A DNA stretch of 64,000 nt from the NCBI GenBank assembly GCA_002633005.1, contig NMRA01000493.1:173647-237646 (forward strand), given 5' to 3'. Below the pieces are notes generated by a model. It was not told where the DNA came from. It ran no database searches and worked only from the letters and a program-made list of their open reading frames with translations. Of the stretch, positions 12,162-25,223 are shown piece after piece. Origin of the DNA: Phoronis australis (taxonomy: Eukaryota; Animalia; Phoronida). Every line of letters begins with the position of its first letter. Positions within the stretch are counted from its first letter, which is position 1. A program made the position numbers and the translations under genes.

Positions 12162-12368
12162 GTATTTAAATACTCAGTGAAGTTCGTTTTCTCCGTAATA
12201 CTTCTGACGGTGGTACTCGTATGATTGTGGAAACACGCAGCTCTAAATAGGTCATTATTCCTGTTAAAAGAATTGGTAATGGTCACTTTTATGGACCCTG
12301 CATTGTGAGAACCAGTTTTCTCCATTGAATAGCGAGCATCAAAGTGAATATGATTATGTAATTCTTAA

Positions 12369-12653
12369 AGGCAAAGGCAACCCTTTTTCATGTCACTTTA
12401 GCAAAGATAAGGTTCGTTGATTATCCCAGACACATTTTTCACTTAATTACAGCTTTTCGTAATTTGATTAATTTCTCGTCCTCTACTCCGGAAGTGACAT
12501 TTTGGGAGGCCTCCCAAAACGTCACTTCCGGAGTAGGCCTCGAGTAATTAATTAAATTACGAAAAGCAGTAAATAAGTGAAAAATATATCTGGAATAATC
12601 AACGAACCTTATTTTTGCTAAAAATGACATGAAAAAAGGTTGCTTTGTCGCCT
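12369..12653. mobile_element. Palindromic TTAA-flanked MITE (Kolobok/piggyBac-type non-autonomous)
   Basis: TTAA|AGGCAAAGGCAACC...GGTTGCTTTGTCGCCT|TTAA. Almost the whole element is an inverted repeat centred on GGGAGGCCTCCC (~12510). Confidence 0.8.
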
Positions 12654-12678
12654 TTAAGCCAACATGGAAATAAAGGTC

Positions 12679-12846
12679 GCAAACATTTTTAAATCTGGTC
12701 TCCATGCCACCCTATGGCCACATCACGTGACCTAAAGATCATAAGTCTGAGAAGATTTCTGCCCCCGACCTGGGTTAGAGGGGCAGAAATCATGAGGTCA
12801 CGTGATGTGGTCAACAGGTGGCATGCAGGCCAGACTTAAAATGTTT
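12679..12846. repeat. Imperfect inverted repeat (hairpin MITE-like)
   Basis: The arms AAACATTTTTAAATCTGG...CCACATCACGTGACCT and AGGTCACGTGATGTGG...CCAGACTTAAAATGTTT are reverse complements. Confidence 0.7.
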
Positions 12847-13128
12847 AAGAAGCGTCAACGTCGATCTCAAAGTCCAGGTCTCCGACTGGCACCTGTAAAT
12901 GACTATTGCTGAAAGAATTTATGAATTCTATTGTGTGGCATTATCAAATGTATGTTGACACGCTTACTGTATATTGATTCAAAACAAAACTTTCTAACCC
13001 CAAAATTGAACCAAAGGTGGCGTTGCGTGCAGCTTTAAAGCTGCTTTAAGCCCACCCTCAACCAGGAAATTAATTCTCAAAATTGTTCAAACCAAGTGTA
13101 ATAAATTGGCATGGCAAATTGAATTGTG

Positions 13129-13444
13129 TGACATCAGTGATACACACATAGTCTCCAGCCAAAGCACTCCTCACGTGCCCAATGACATCAGTGATACACA
13201 CAGTCTCCAGCCAAAGCACTCCTCACGTGCCCAATGACATCAGTGATACACACATAGTCTCCAGCCAAAGCAGTCCTCACGTGCCCAATGACATCAGTGA
13301 TACACATAGTATCCAGCCAAAGCACTCCTCACGTGCCCAATGACATCAGTGATACACACAGTCTCCAGCCAAAGCACTCCTCACGTGCCCAATGACATCA
13401 GTGACACACATAGTCTCCAGCCAAAGCACTCCTCACGTGCCCAA
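13129..13444. repeat. ~52-56-bp minisatellite, 6 copies
   Basis: TGACATCAGTGATACAC(AC)ATAGTCTCCAGCCAAAGCACTCCTCACGTGCCCAA repeated. Confidence 0.92.
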
Positions 13445-13581
13445 AATCACTTGACGTAATTTTTGTGTGAGGAACACGGTTTTATACAATGTTTTCGACC
13501 TCAGGAAATTTAAAAGTCGACCCGTTTTACAAAATTTATGAACACGTTTGAAAGTCTGTGCCTGTAGTAGAGGGAGTTTGT

Positions 13582-13969
13582 ATGTTAATCTTGGAATACA
13601 TGCATTGAACTGGTGCCTGAATGTTAATCTTGGAATACATGCATTGAACTGGTGCCTGAATGTTAATCTTGGAATACATGCATTGAACTGGTGCCTGAAT
13701 GTTAATCTTGGTATACATGCATTGAACTGGTGCCTGAATGTTAATCTTGGTATACATGCATTGAACTGGTGCCTGAATGTTAATCTTGGTATACATGCAT
13801 TGAACTGGTGCCTGAATGTTAATCTTGGAATACATGCATTGAACTGGTGCCTGAATGTTAATCTTGGAATACATGCATTGAACTGGTGCCTGAATGTTAA
13901 TCTTGGAATACATGCATTGAACTGGTGCCTGAATGTTAATCTTGGAATACATGCATTGAACTGGTGCCT
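13582..13969. repeat. 39-bp minisatellite, 10 copies
   Basis: ATGTTAATCTTGG(A/T)ATACATGCATTGAACTGGTGCCTGA repeated. It accounts for the three repetitive ORFs called here. Confidence 0.95.
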
Positions 13970-14795
13970 CAAGTCCAAAAAGTTTTAATTTGGTTAAGAA
14001 AAAACTAATCTTCCAAAAGTTCAAATTTGTTTTACGTAGTTTTCAAACTCGACTGAAGTAAGTCAAACTTGTTATGGTGAAAATCAACCTATGACGAGAC
14101 AACCCAGGTTGTAGAAATCACAGTTAAAATAGTAAGGGGTCTTAAGTCAGAAGGCCAGTTTCATTTTTATTAATTTCGTAAACAAATTAAAATTAGTTTT
14201 GTATCTCCTCACAGGTCTCAAAACATTTATTTGCAGTCTGACGAAAGATGTTTTTTATTTGAGATATGAAATATTTTTTAACTGTTCAGTGCTGTTGGTG
14301 ATATCACTTGTATGACTTATTTATGTGTGATATCGTACTGAATATTTCACTTCCTAACAACCCATCTTAAGAGTGAGTGTAGAGCAATGGGAATTAAGTA
14401 ATGATGGTATCCAGTAGCACAATTTACTGTGAGTTACTCCTGGAACCAGTTATGGCTAGGTTTAGCAATAGTGTGAAGACGTTGGGTCTGCTTCACACTT
14501 GTGACAACTTAGATCATCTTATTGGGGTAGACGTAACTTGATCTAGGGTAACTATCCCCAACGCATGTCATACTGCGAACGCATACCTGCGAACAAGATG
14601 GAAGTAATTACCAGCTGTGCCCTTGTTCAGTTTCATTTGTACATATTACATCTAATCCTGTTTGGGCCACATTTGATGAATCTGCTGTGTGGATGTTTGG
14701 CTGACTGGGAGCAAGTGTGTTAGTGTTAGTGTTAGTGTGTGAACATACTAAAATACTGATTAACCTGTTGATGTGCTTTTATCTACTGTTTTAAG

Positions 14796-14925
14796 ACTTA
14801 TGCTGTGACTTTCTGGAGGGATGTATCACCGTAAACAACTGTCTGGGTATCAGGGACTTCTCAGAGCGCTTCTCCTGTCCTCGTGTTCACTTCTTGGCCT
14901 CTGAATATCTGGACGAGAACTTTGT
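14796..14925 (+). CDS. GAN: Gigaxonin exon 3 (BTB end, BACK start)
   Basis: DLCCDFLEGCITVNNCLGIRDFSERFSCPRVHFLASEYLDENF compared with the recalled LCCEFLEGCIAAENCIGIRDF...VHYLATEYLETHF. Acceptor tttaag, donor gtaagt, 130 nt. It is absent from the ORF track. Confidence 0.92.
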
Positions 14926-16253
14926 GTAAGTCTTGTTCAGTAGACATGCTTTACAAAATGACTCACACTGTATTCTGTAGTTTTATACAGCAAAAATCTG
15001 CAAATTGTGCCAGAGTAACAGACTTTGGCTAATTCATGTTACTTATGAGATGTAACTTCATATTTAATTTCCCAATTAAATAGTATTATGTAATCCTATC
15101 TCAGAGGTTAAGGTTATGTAAGGACTTATGGAATTGAATTTAGCCAAATGTCTAAAAAATGAAGATTTAATTTTGGTACAAGTGTGCATTTCCTGAAAGC
15201 AGATTGCCTGTAGCATTTGTCTGATTTCATACTTTTTACCAAACTGTCTTTGATTGGGTCATGTGACCATGTCTTGTTAGTAAAATTTAGCAAAAGAGAA
15301 AGGTACATTGATATCAGAAGAATTGGTCAAATTTTAATTGGTGTAAATGTTTAGATGACATCTCAAAATACTCTGTACAATTTTTTGAAATATCATTTCT
15401 GTTTCATGCAACTTTTGTAGTTTTTCAATGAAAATCATAAAAGTTCTTTTGTTTGCCCATCGAGCAAAACTAGGAACATTTTAAAAACAATTCCTAATTC
15501 AGTTTTGAAGAACAGCATTCAATGCGTAATATTTAAAGGTTTCAGCCATTTCTGAATTACATGTTCCAAAGCGGGCAAAGTTTGGAATTTTATTCGTTTG
15601 CTGGTGCCAACATGTAACTGTGCAGAATGCATGCAGTAAGTGTGTGCGCATAGACAATGTTGAAGCATTTTGTAAGTTCTTATCTGAAAACAACCTGCTT
15701 CATCCTCAGTCATTCATACTGAATGCACCCCATTACATAGGTTCAGTTCTGATGACATCAAGTTTAGCCGATGGATCTTTGATGTCCCTATTTGTTTTGT
15801 AGCACCTACCTTTGGTAATTACTTGAGTTAAATTTCAAAGGGCACACAACATCTGTGCATTGACACGTGTCCAGTAATTATGTCTGTAATGGTTCGTCAG
15901 AGCTTTACCCTAATTGCTCTACTTAGACCTGTGTCCCATTGTGATAACTCTACTTGGCTTGTCATGTCTGGATTTCTACCAATTTCTTCCAAACTTGGCC
16001 AAAATTGGGAAGAAATTCTCATAAACTGATTCAACACATTCTAAATTCTTGCTCTGACTTGCTCTTGCTTCATGATAAAATTTTATCCAAAGTGATTCCA
16101 TGGATAAATCTTCCTGTTGTTTTAATATTATGATCACCCCCTTTCACCTCCTATGGTTTGACTTTGGGACGCGGGCCATTTTTGCCACTATATTGAAACA
16201 TGGCTTCTGAACTTGAGAGATTCTGATGCATAACGTTACATCTTCCATTACAG

Positions 16254-16732
16254 TGAGATTAGTTATTCTGAAGAGTTTCTTCTGCTTTCGGCTGAACAAG
16301 TCCAGGAAGTGCTGAGCCGCGACAGCCTGAACGTACCCACTGAAAATTACGTGTTTGATGGTCTGATGCGATGGGCTGCTCGTGACTCTGAGAATCGTTC
16401 GACCATACTAAATGAGCTTCTGATGTCAACGCTCCGACATGACATGCTAAACAAAGACGCCGTTCTTTCCCATCAGCTCGTTCTACAAAACGAAGTGCTC
16501 CAGAAGTTGAAGGTGCTTTTAAATCCTCATCATCAAGGAAGAGTTGATAGTCACCGTGGTTACTCAGATGTGCTGGTAGTAGCGGGTGGTCAACAGCCAA
16601 GAGGTTGCCCACCAGGTGGTGCAGTAGTGTCAGACAAAGTGTACTGTATTCAACCTTCTGTAGCCAAATGTCAGTGGCTTGTGCTGCCACCTATGAGCAC
16701 TGGTAGAGTGGGTCACGGCCTAGTTAGTGCAG
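16254..16732 (+). CDS. GAN: Gigaxonin exon 4 (BACK and first Kelch repeat)
   Basis: EISYSEEFLLLSAEQVQEVLSRDSLNVPTENYVFDGLMRW...RGYSDVLVVAGG...PMSTGRVGHGLVSA. Acceptor tacag, donor gtaagt. Confidence 0.92.
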
Positions 16733-17867
16733 GTAAGTTTGTATTTATCTACCTCTGTGTCTCTCAGTTGGTTCCCGCCCTTTAATAGGATATTTCATTC
16801 TTACTACACAAAACAAAATATGTCTTTCAACTTATCATTTTCCTGATTGAAAATGAGTTTTAGTATTCTATCAGTCTATTCTGGGCTTTGGCAAGTAAAG
16901 AGTGTCGAAATTGTGTCTGTTTGTAGTGAGTCATTGGAATCTTCAGGTTCAGTTGCTAGCACTTGTCAATCTGTGGTGATCTCTTAATTTGTTACAATGG
17001 TACAAACAAGTTGCAGCTGTAGAAAGAAATCTTGACAGGTGTTAAATTTAATCCAGCCTGTCACGTTTGTTACCACATTTTACGGAGACATAATCAACGT
17101 GGTTTCTTTCTTAGACTGTATTGTTAGGAACTACTTACTACCTACGGTGACATCTATCGGGCAACATACATAACACAGCCTGCTTCACAATATCCATGTA
17201 ATTAGTGGCAAGGAAATTAATCTTTTAATTTTTCTTGTGTGACATTTTTCATTTCTTCGACTTTTACCCTTCGATGTCTTCGTTGGACTTTCAAAATATG
17301 TATGGAGCTTTGTACCTAAGTTAAAACCTGTCAGTGTCTTCTGATTAGTTGGATTTTACCTTAATTGGATGAAATTTCTCGGTGCTACAAATCTGACTTA
17401 AGGAAGTTTCACCAAATTGACATTAATTGTAATGCCAGACCACTTGTATTATTGCCAAAGAAACTCTTTGTCATTCTACTGGTCGCATTTCTTATCCGAT
17501 CAACATGTGTCTCGTTAGTGGTTTAGCACAAATATTCAGATGATTCAGTCATTAGTTTTCATTCTACTTTAAACAACACCATACCTGCCTGGGTAAGTGC
17601 CCGCTTTCTTTATTAAATGGACTTTCAAAAAATCAGCCTCATGTAAATTGAATTTCTTAAAATTTGATGCAAGTAGTTTAACCAAATGTTAGTGTGAGCT
17701 AAAGTAGATAGGATATTTGAGTTCACAATAGTCTGGTGTTTTATACTTTGATTCAGACTTTTCATTATTTGAATCATTCAGACAGGCTCTATTTGAAAGC
17801 TCCTGAAATACAGTAAAAGCTCGCCAATTTAGGACACAGTTTGGCAGACAAGTAATTCCTTTTTTCA

Positions 17868-18720
17868 TTTTGATGTGCCCCCATATTTATATGTATTTAT
17901 ACGTATTGCCGTCTTCTCTCTGTCTGGGCGTCCGGGCATCTGTCATCTGGTGTGTGCTGCTGTATCTCCTAAACTCGTGGCAGGATCGTAATAAGATTTG
18001 GCAGGCGTGTTCTTATGATTCTCACGATGGATGACGACGAGTTTCGGATCGATCCGAATACCACTGTGCCCCCCAGTGGCAATTTCAGTTTTTATGTTTG
18101 TGTCTGTATCGTTGGAGTTTCTGGATGGATTTTCGTGAAATTCGGCAGATAGATTTTCAGTAAGAAGTTGATGATGCCATTCCATTTTGGGACAGATTTG
18201 ATGCATTTTACGCCACCTTGTGGCCACTTTTATTATTTTTTGCCCATTTTCTGGCATCCGCCTCTCACTCTGCCGTACTACTCAAAGGATCATGATGGAA
18301 ATTTTCAGATGTGTTCCTGATGAGAAGGCCACGACTGATGTTGACTTGTGGACATTCCAACTACTGTGTAACCCCTTAGTGGCAATTTTGTTTTTTTTTT
18401 GCATCTGCTGTTGAATCTCCTAACAAACTCTTTGAAGGAGCTTTGTGAAATTTGAAAGATGTATTGATTTCCTATTGAACTGACTTCAAACGGTAACAAG
18501 TGTCGAACTGACCCAAATACCACTGTGCCTTCTACTGGCATTTTTTACGTTTGCCTTAGTATCTTACGAGTTCATTAATGTATTTTCATGAAATTCACCA
18601 TATATGTTTCTACTTAGAATACGATAACGCCTTCCAATTTTTGGACAGAGCTGATGTTTTCTGCACTAACTGCTGCTCATTTTTATGTGCCTACATATTT
18701 ATGTGTAAAACAATGAAGAA
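17868..18720 (+). mobile_element. Helentron-associated non-autonomous element (HINE/DINE-1-like)
   Basis: Starts TTTTGATGTGCCCCCATAT..., then a GTC-rich stretch and CTGTATCTCCTAAA. The core repeats are reverse complements of the units at 37640-42893. Confidence 0.55.
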
Positions 18721-18998
18721 TTTGTCAGTCCTTAACTTATGTATCAAAGCTACCACTGAACAGTGTGTTGAGAAAGCCTTTGCATAATGTAAAAGGCTGA
18801 TTTTGGCAATTATGTGTATCCGAACTTATATATATTTCACAGTAATACAGCTTTCTTCAATGTCCTTGGTTTATATCATTGTCCCACTTAGTCAACAATG
18901 CTGTTTACCATTTCACTTGGTTTCAGGAAACTTTGCTTATGTCAGTGTTGCAGTAGGTCACGTACATTTTCTTATTAAAGTAATACTGACATTTGCAG

Positions 18999-19816
18999 GA
19001 GGTTGTCTGTATGCTGTTGGAGGCAAAAATGAATCTGGTCAGATTCTCAACACAGGTGAAAAGTTTGACCCGGTCCAAGGGACATGGCACCCAATACCCA
19101 AGATGTCTCACGCACGTGTTGGTTTTGGACTACTCGCTATAAATGACAAAATATATGCCATTGGGGGCAGTAACGATATGTCTGACCCGTTAACTTCTAT
19201 TGAAGAGTACAACATTTACACCAACAGATGGCGTCCCTTGCCAAACATGAATCTTAAGAGAGCGTGGTCTGCTTTTGCATGTTTGGGAAAGAAGCTGTAT
19301 GTTATTGGCGGAGGAATCATGGGAAAATTGTATGAGTCCGTCGAGTGTTTCGATATCAAGACAGAAACGTGGTCATCCATTGCACCAATGAGGGAGCGCA
19401 GATTTGATGCGAGAGCGGTTGGTGTTGATTGCTGGATCTTCGTGTTCGGAGGCCTTCGGCGGTTTGAATGTCCAAGTGCAATGAATACTGGAAATCAAAT
19501 GAAATTCTGTGGAACAGAGATGTATTCACAGGATGCCCAGCAGTGGTATTCACTGGGTGCTCACACTAATGGCCTGTGTTCCATGAAGGACTCCTCTCAC
19601 GTGGACGGTGCTGCGCCTTGCAATGGCGAGATTCTTTGCGTTGGTGAGCTGGAAATAGGCACGACAAGTCACTGCGTTCGAGCATATCACCCGAGCAGCC
19701 AGAGGTGGCGCTGCGTCATGCCCAGTTCCCCAGCTCAGCTTCAGTTCATGCAGTGTTGTTCGATAAAAATACCAAACTCAGTGTTGAAGAAGTTGCCTGG
19801 ACTCAAAGGCAGTTAA
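18999..19816 (+). CDS. GAN: Gigaxonin exon 5 (Kelch repeats, stop)
   Basis: Kelch GG...Y/F-D...W repeats. GGGIMGKLYESVECFD, ERRFDARAVGV and GELEIGT match the recalled gigaxonin GGGSYGKLFESVECYD, ERRFGAVACGV and GDLDTGT. Acceptor ttgcag. The joined CDS is 1806 nt, giving 601 aa. Confidence 0.93.
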
Positions 19817-22800
19817 ATACTCTAGCTCTGAAAAATCCATCAAACTGTCGTTAAGAGCATGAATGTTATACTCTATTCACTAGTGTGTCTTTCAGTATTC
19901 TGGGGAGGTGTGCATGTTGTTCTCATTATTCTTCGGGCGATTCGTCTCGATTTCCTGCTTATATTGATGCAGTGTTTTGCTTAATGAAGATTATTTCTTA
20001 GTTTTTACTTTATCACAAGAAATATTTTGAATCATTTTGTTGAATTAAATTTTACAGTTGTTAGAAAATCAAAATTGTTTTCATTAATTTCTATCGTGGT
20101 GCAATGTCACCGATCTTTATTGCTATTCGCCATAAATGGGATTGGACTAGGTTCAGTCTGGCTTATAAACAAGAGTCGCCAAATTTTTGTGAAAAAAATC
20201 AAAATGTCATCAGCAAGAGTTTATGGTCATTCACCTGCAAAAACACAAGTGCCAAAAACTGCACAACACCATTCCATGAATAGTGTAGTCGATGCTCAAC
20301 AAACAAGATTCACTGTAAGTTACAATGTATTGCATATTGTATACTCAACAAACAATATTCACTGTAAGTTACAATGTATTGCATATTGTATACCCAACTA
20401 CCCAGTTATGTGAAAAATACTTCAACTTTGTTTGAGGTTTGTGTCATTGTTTTATTTTTAGTCCAATTAGCTGCAACAAATTATGAATTGCCATGAAGTA
20501 AATCTTTGTACTTAACACATTACACTAGGATGATGGCACAGTTCAGTCAGTTTTTAAACCAGGTGTTCAAGTGTAATTTAACTTTAAAGCAAATTTAATA
20601 CTTTATAATTTGAACCCTGCAAACCAGTGAACTGTAACGGACAATGAATATTCTTTTTGGAATGTTACTACTACAAGCCAGGCCAATACTGCAGTCACCT
20701 TGACACATTTAAGAAATTATTTAGAGACAAAATAATTGTTAAATCTTCAGAGCTAGACCACTAACACACTAATTTCCCAAGTATTGCTAGGTAACAATTG
20801 CATCATACAAACCCTGGAAACGAGCCTAAAATTTTCTCAAAATTTGTTAGAAATTTTCATTCATCTGCCAAATACAAGTACCTGGCAAAAGTAATTGGTC
20901 AAAATAAGGTTTTGCTGTCACAATGGGTCACAACAGCTACTCTGATTTCCAAGGACTCTGTGGTCGTGGCAGGGAATTTCCAGTTATTTTGTCCCATTAT
21001 TTAGGCGCATATCTCGGTGAATAATTTTTGCGGTGTATTTATGGCCATGGAATGGCAGGAGTTATCTCCCTACGTGACGAGTGAAACATTCAATAAACAA
21101 CAATGGAAATGTTATCTTCTTATTAAACCAAAACCATTACATACATTTTAACTGTCAACCAAATTCCTTATGAAAATGCAACATACACAGCAAAGCATCC
21201 TACACTGCACTGGGCAGCTAAGTATAAAATGTACTAATTTCACAAAACAATTTCAAAAAAGCAACCACGCTCTCGCCAATCACCACGGACTGAGATTGGG
21301 AGCATCTGACGGTAAATACTGGTTTTGAGTTTGGGAGACCAGTCCAGGATGCAATCCACGAGGTTTAGTTTCATGACAGCCAAAACCTAGTGTTTCATTA
21401 ATAAAATTGTGAATTTGCACCAGCGTAACAGGCACCACTGAGGTGATCAGACAGTTTGGTAGAAAGGTAGGATTGAAGGAGAAAATTCAACATTTCCGTT
21501 CCATCAACTATGACTTCTCGCTGCAAGCGTTTCAGCAGTCACCAGCGATGCGAAACATACCCATGCTCGCTCTTCAAAAGACAAAACCTCATTACAAGGA
21601 CAGTGCAAAGTCCATCACTCCAAACACATTTTTTAGTAAAAATAACGATATAAACAATACTCCTACAGCGATTATTTTTAACTATTATAGCTACAAAAAT
21701 ACAAACAGTAGTTAAAATACCGCTAAACGCTCTCCAGCGATTTTTAAAAATTGTATTAGCACATGCACTGAGCTTAATACTATCTGTGCAAGCTAGCAAT
21801 AACATGAACCCAATAACGTGAACTCAATAACGTGAACTCAATAACGTGAACCCAATAAAAACGTTGCCCGCAATGTTCAATGTTGACTATTAATGGGTTA
21901 GCAGTCATATAATAATACAGATCAGAAACGTTCAGTCTGACCAGACTAAACTCGTGTGGCCTCAAGATTTCCACACCAGTTTGAGATTTATATACTAGCA
22001 TACAATAATAATATAATTTTAATAATATAGTTTTAGGTTTCACCCATGAATTAAATGTAGGTTACGTAGTCATAAAACTATAGCAAACCAATAGTTACCG
22101 TAATTCAACTTAAGTTAAATATAGTGCAAATAAATAAAGGTCCCTATTTAGACACCTGAATGAAGAGAGAAGAAAGCAGACAAAGGGGGGTGTTGGTGAG
22201 ATAAAGGTCTCCTGCAACATAACGTACGGAATGATCACACTACACCACTTGTGACGCGACTTTGAACTTTCCCAGTTATTGTAGTGCAGGGAATTTTGTG
22301 CACTATTAACTACAGAACTCAATTTTGTCTACATGATAATTTTGTTGTCAAACAGCTATTTAAGGAAATAGAGCATTAATAAAATAGTGAAAAATAGCTG
22401 TGCTTAGAAAAATATTAAGAGTATATAATTGCGCAACGCTGGTTGGAGATCGATAAGTGACCCAAAAAAATACAACAAAAGACGTCAAAATACGACAATT
22501 GCAACTATATACTATTTTTCTGAGTAAATCATGTAAATCTTCCGCTATTCAGATCCAAAAACTTTGAGCAAGTTCATGCAAAACTTTGAACTAGTTCATA
22601 TAAAGTCATTACTTCACAACTTCCTGACAAGGACCCACGGTCTAATCATAGAACTCAAAATTATTTCTTGCGTTTTCCATTCTATTTTTGTACAAATTCC
22701 AGAAAAGTGTTTATCATTCTGCGCTGAAGTGCATCACAGTTTATCCATACAAGTTTCCAGTCCAAGTTCGCACTCGATGACCCCAAAATACAAACTACAA

Positions 22801-23273
22801 ACTCTAGTGAAAACTCAATAATCCAAGTAGAAACTCCAAATTTCGAGTTCAGATTAGAATTTTAGCCACAACGCTGGGGTCGTCTAGTGCAAACTAAGAT
22901 TAGATAAGTATTCACATAAGCCATGATGTACTCGAGTATAGAATAATAGTCCCATATACTGAATTCTGCACAATAAGACCAGAAAATGTCACAAATAATT
23001 TCAAAATTCATTTCGAGTAAGATGATTACAGCCAGGCCAAGATGTATGCATGCTTCTCTAACAAACACACATTAACAATCAACAGCAACAGGCATACAAT
23101 CCATTTGTTCTAAAACAATAATTTTGTAATTAATTACTCGCTCAACAGGAATAATCAATAAGTATACAACAATGACACAGCCAAATAAAACCTGAATCAC
23201 AATCTAGTGCTTGTAACCGAAAATACAAGCATTCAACAATTATAATAACGAGAGTAATTAGCCAATATGCCTT

Positions 23274-23434
23274 CTTGTATGTATACAGTAACACTTGTAT
23301 GTATACAGTAACACTTGTATGTATACAGTAACACTTGTATGTATACAGTAACACTTGTATGTATACAGTAACACTTGTATGTATACAGTAACACTTGTAT
23401 GTATACAGTAACACTTGTATGTATACAGTAACAC
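23274..23434. repeat. 20-bp tandem repeat, 8 copies
   Basis: CTTGTATGTATACAGTAACA repeated. Confidence 0.95.
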
Positions 23435-24038
23435 GATTATGCGAGACAAGCACAATTGTTACATGTATGAACAATTTTAACTACATAACGCCATCAAGCA
23501 TTGCGTAGTTTGCAAAGACGCTCACTAGATGGTAGAGATAAAGCAAAAGGCCAACTGATCATCAAACTACATGAGTATTTGAAGTACTACAATTCTCCAC
23601 TTACTTCATACAAAAAATTGTAATTTTTCAAAGGCTGCAAATAACTGAAATTTACCAAAAGTTGTTTTCTGGCACCTACACAACACAACACAACACAACA
23701 CACGCTAGTGATAGATTAAAATTGTCTTGATCTTTATTTTTGTGGAGAAAATTTACCAAACAGAATTTCATTTGTCAGCCATATTGAGCAAATTCATCCA
23801 CAGCTGGTTCTGGTATGCACCCAGTCTAATGTTGATACTTGCAAATCACTTGATTAGGTGGTACATCTCATATCCCAACTGGCAACAGTAAGTTGGAACA
23901 AGAAACTCCATTTGTACTTTCTCTAGCTCTTCATCAAATTTATTCACAAAGCAAATCTCAGGAACACCAACGGGAGCTACAGCATGAGAAAACAAACTAC
24001 TGGCCGTCATCGGAATATTTCAAGAAATATATGACGCT

Positions 24039-24261
24039 CCAGCCTTGCATTCAATAAGGAAAGCGCTTGGAAGCAGTTTCCATGCGCGCTTTGAATTGCG
24101 AGACGTTGCAAATGAACAATCTGCTTTCCATCTTGGTTTTGTTGGCAAAGCAGCTTGAGAAACGCTAACCAAAAATGAAAGCACTTTTCGTGAACGCATC
24201 GTCCCAGAGCACAAACTCGAGAAGAAGTTCGGAGTGCTTTCTTTATTGAACGCAAGGCTGG
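24039..24261. repeat. Inverted repeat (MITE-like) ~240 bp downstream of the SLC7 stop
   Basis: CCAGCCTTGCATTCAATAAGGAAAGCGC pairs with GTGCTTTCTTTATTGAACGCAAGGCTGG. Confidence 0.6.
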
Positions 24262-24496
24262 CACTCCTTGGCGAGATCCATCTACGTAACAAACTTCATG
24301 CAAATTAAAAGAATGCGAAGCGGAAATTTGACAAATGGTTGTCACACTGCCACCTTGCATCCAGTAGGCCTCGAGATAAATGCCGCGTGTAAATTTCACG
24401 TCGCTCGAATGAAAAATGCCAACAGAATCAACAAAAAAATTTCACGTTTGAACAACATCATTCTACCAAGTAATACAGAACAAAAGTGGTAGATCT

Positions 24497-24739
24497 CTAA
24501 TCGAACTTTGGCTCTTCTCTCACACACAACAGGAGCTTTTGTAGCTTCACCGTCAGTGCCTTATAGCGGACAGTGAATGACCGCGGCTTGGATGTCCAGG
24601 CAACGCCCAGTAGGTAGACAGGCACCCCGGTCAGAGTAATACCCACTCCTGCCAGGCACTCAATGGGACTGTAGAACAATGGTAGAACCAGCATCAGGAA
24701 ACAGACCAAGAGGAAAAAGATGGGGAAGAACAGGTGTAC
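24497..24739 (-). CDS. SLC7 L-type/y+L amino-acid transporter, last coding exon (9)
   Basis: VHLFFPIFFLLVCFLMLVLPLFYSPIECLAGVGITLTGVPVYLLGVAWTSKP...QKLLLCVREEPKFD*. Acceptor ttacag. The joined CDS is 1461 nt, giving 486 aa. Confidence 0.92.
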   Translation of the reverse strand, partial: VHLFFPIFFLLVCFLMLVLPLFYSPIECLAGVGITLTGVPVYLLGVAWTSKPRSFTVRYKALTVKLQKLLLCVREEPKFD

Positions 24740-25223
24740 CTGTAAAAAGAAAAATCAACATGAAGCAAGGTCAAGGTCAACTGAGGCTGCCATAAACCCT
24801 CATCTTCTGTCAGAGAAACTTAACATATGATTCAACCCACTGTGCTCCATGAAACTGGTCTCAACCTGTTCTTTACTCAAATTAAAAATTACAGTTCACT
24901 TCATACTTTGTAACATGCTCACCACATAAAACACCCTGTAATGACAAGTCCACTTATCCATCCTTGTCTCATTGTAACGTGCTCAGCACATAAAATAACC
25001 TGTATCGATGCCTCCACTTATCCAGCCGCGTCTCAATGTAACATGCTACCTATAATTTGGAACTCGTAAACAATTTGTTGAAATAAGGTAAGTGGACTAA
25101 ATCAAAAAAAAATCTTGATGCATGTTGGGATCACAGCCGCTTTAAGGGATCATTCAATTTTACTTGACTTTACAAAAGGTACTCATTAAAGTAGCACAAA
25201 CAGGGAGAAATACGTTTTCTGAG

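Noticed and set aside
13433-14024. Three long repetitive ORFs
   Set aside because: They result from a 39-bp (13-codon) stop-free minisatellite in a GAN intron; there is no splice or homology support.
18803-18998. N-terminal 65 aa of the 337-aa Kelch ORF
   Set aside because: This is intronic read-through. Kelch similarity starts at the acceptor at 18999, in phase with exon 4.
23142-23474. ORFs with repeated LLYTYKCYCIHTSV
   Set aside because: They are translations of the 20-bp tandem repeat.
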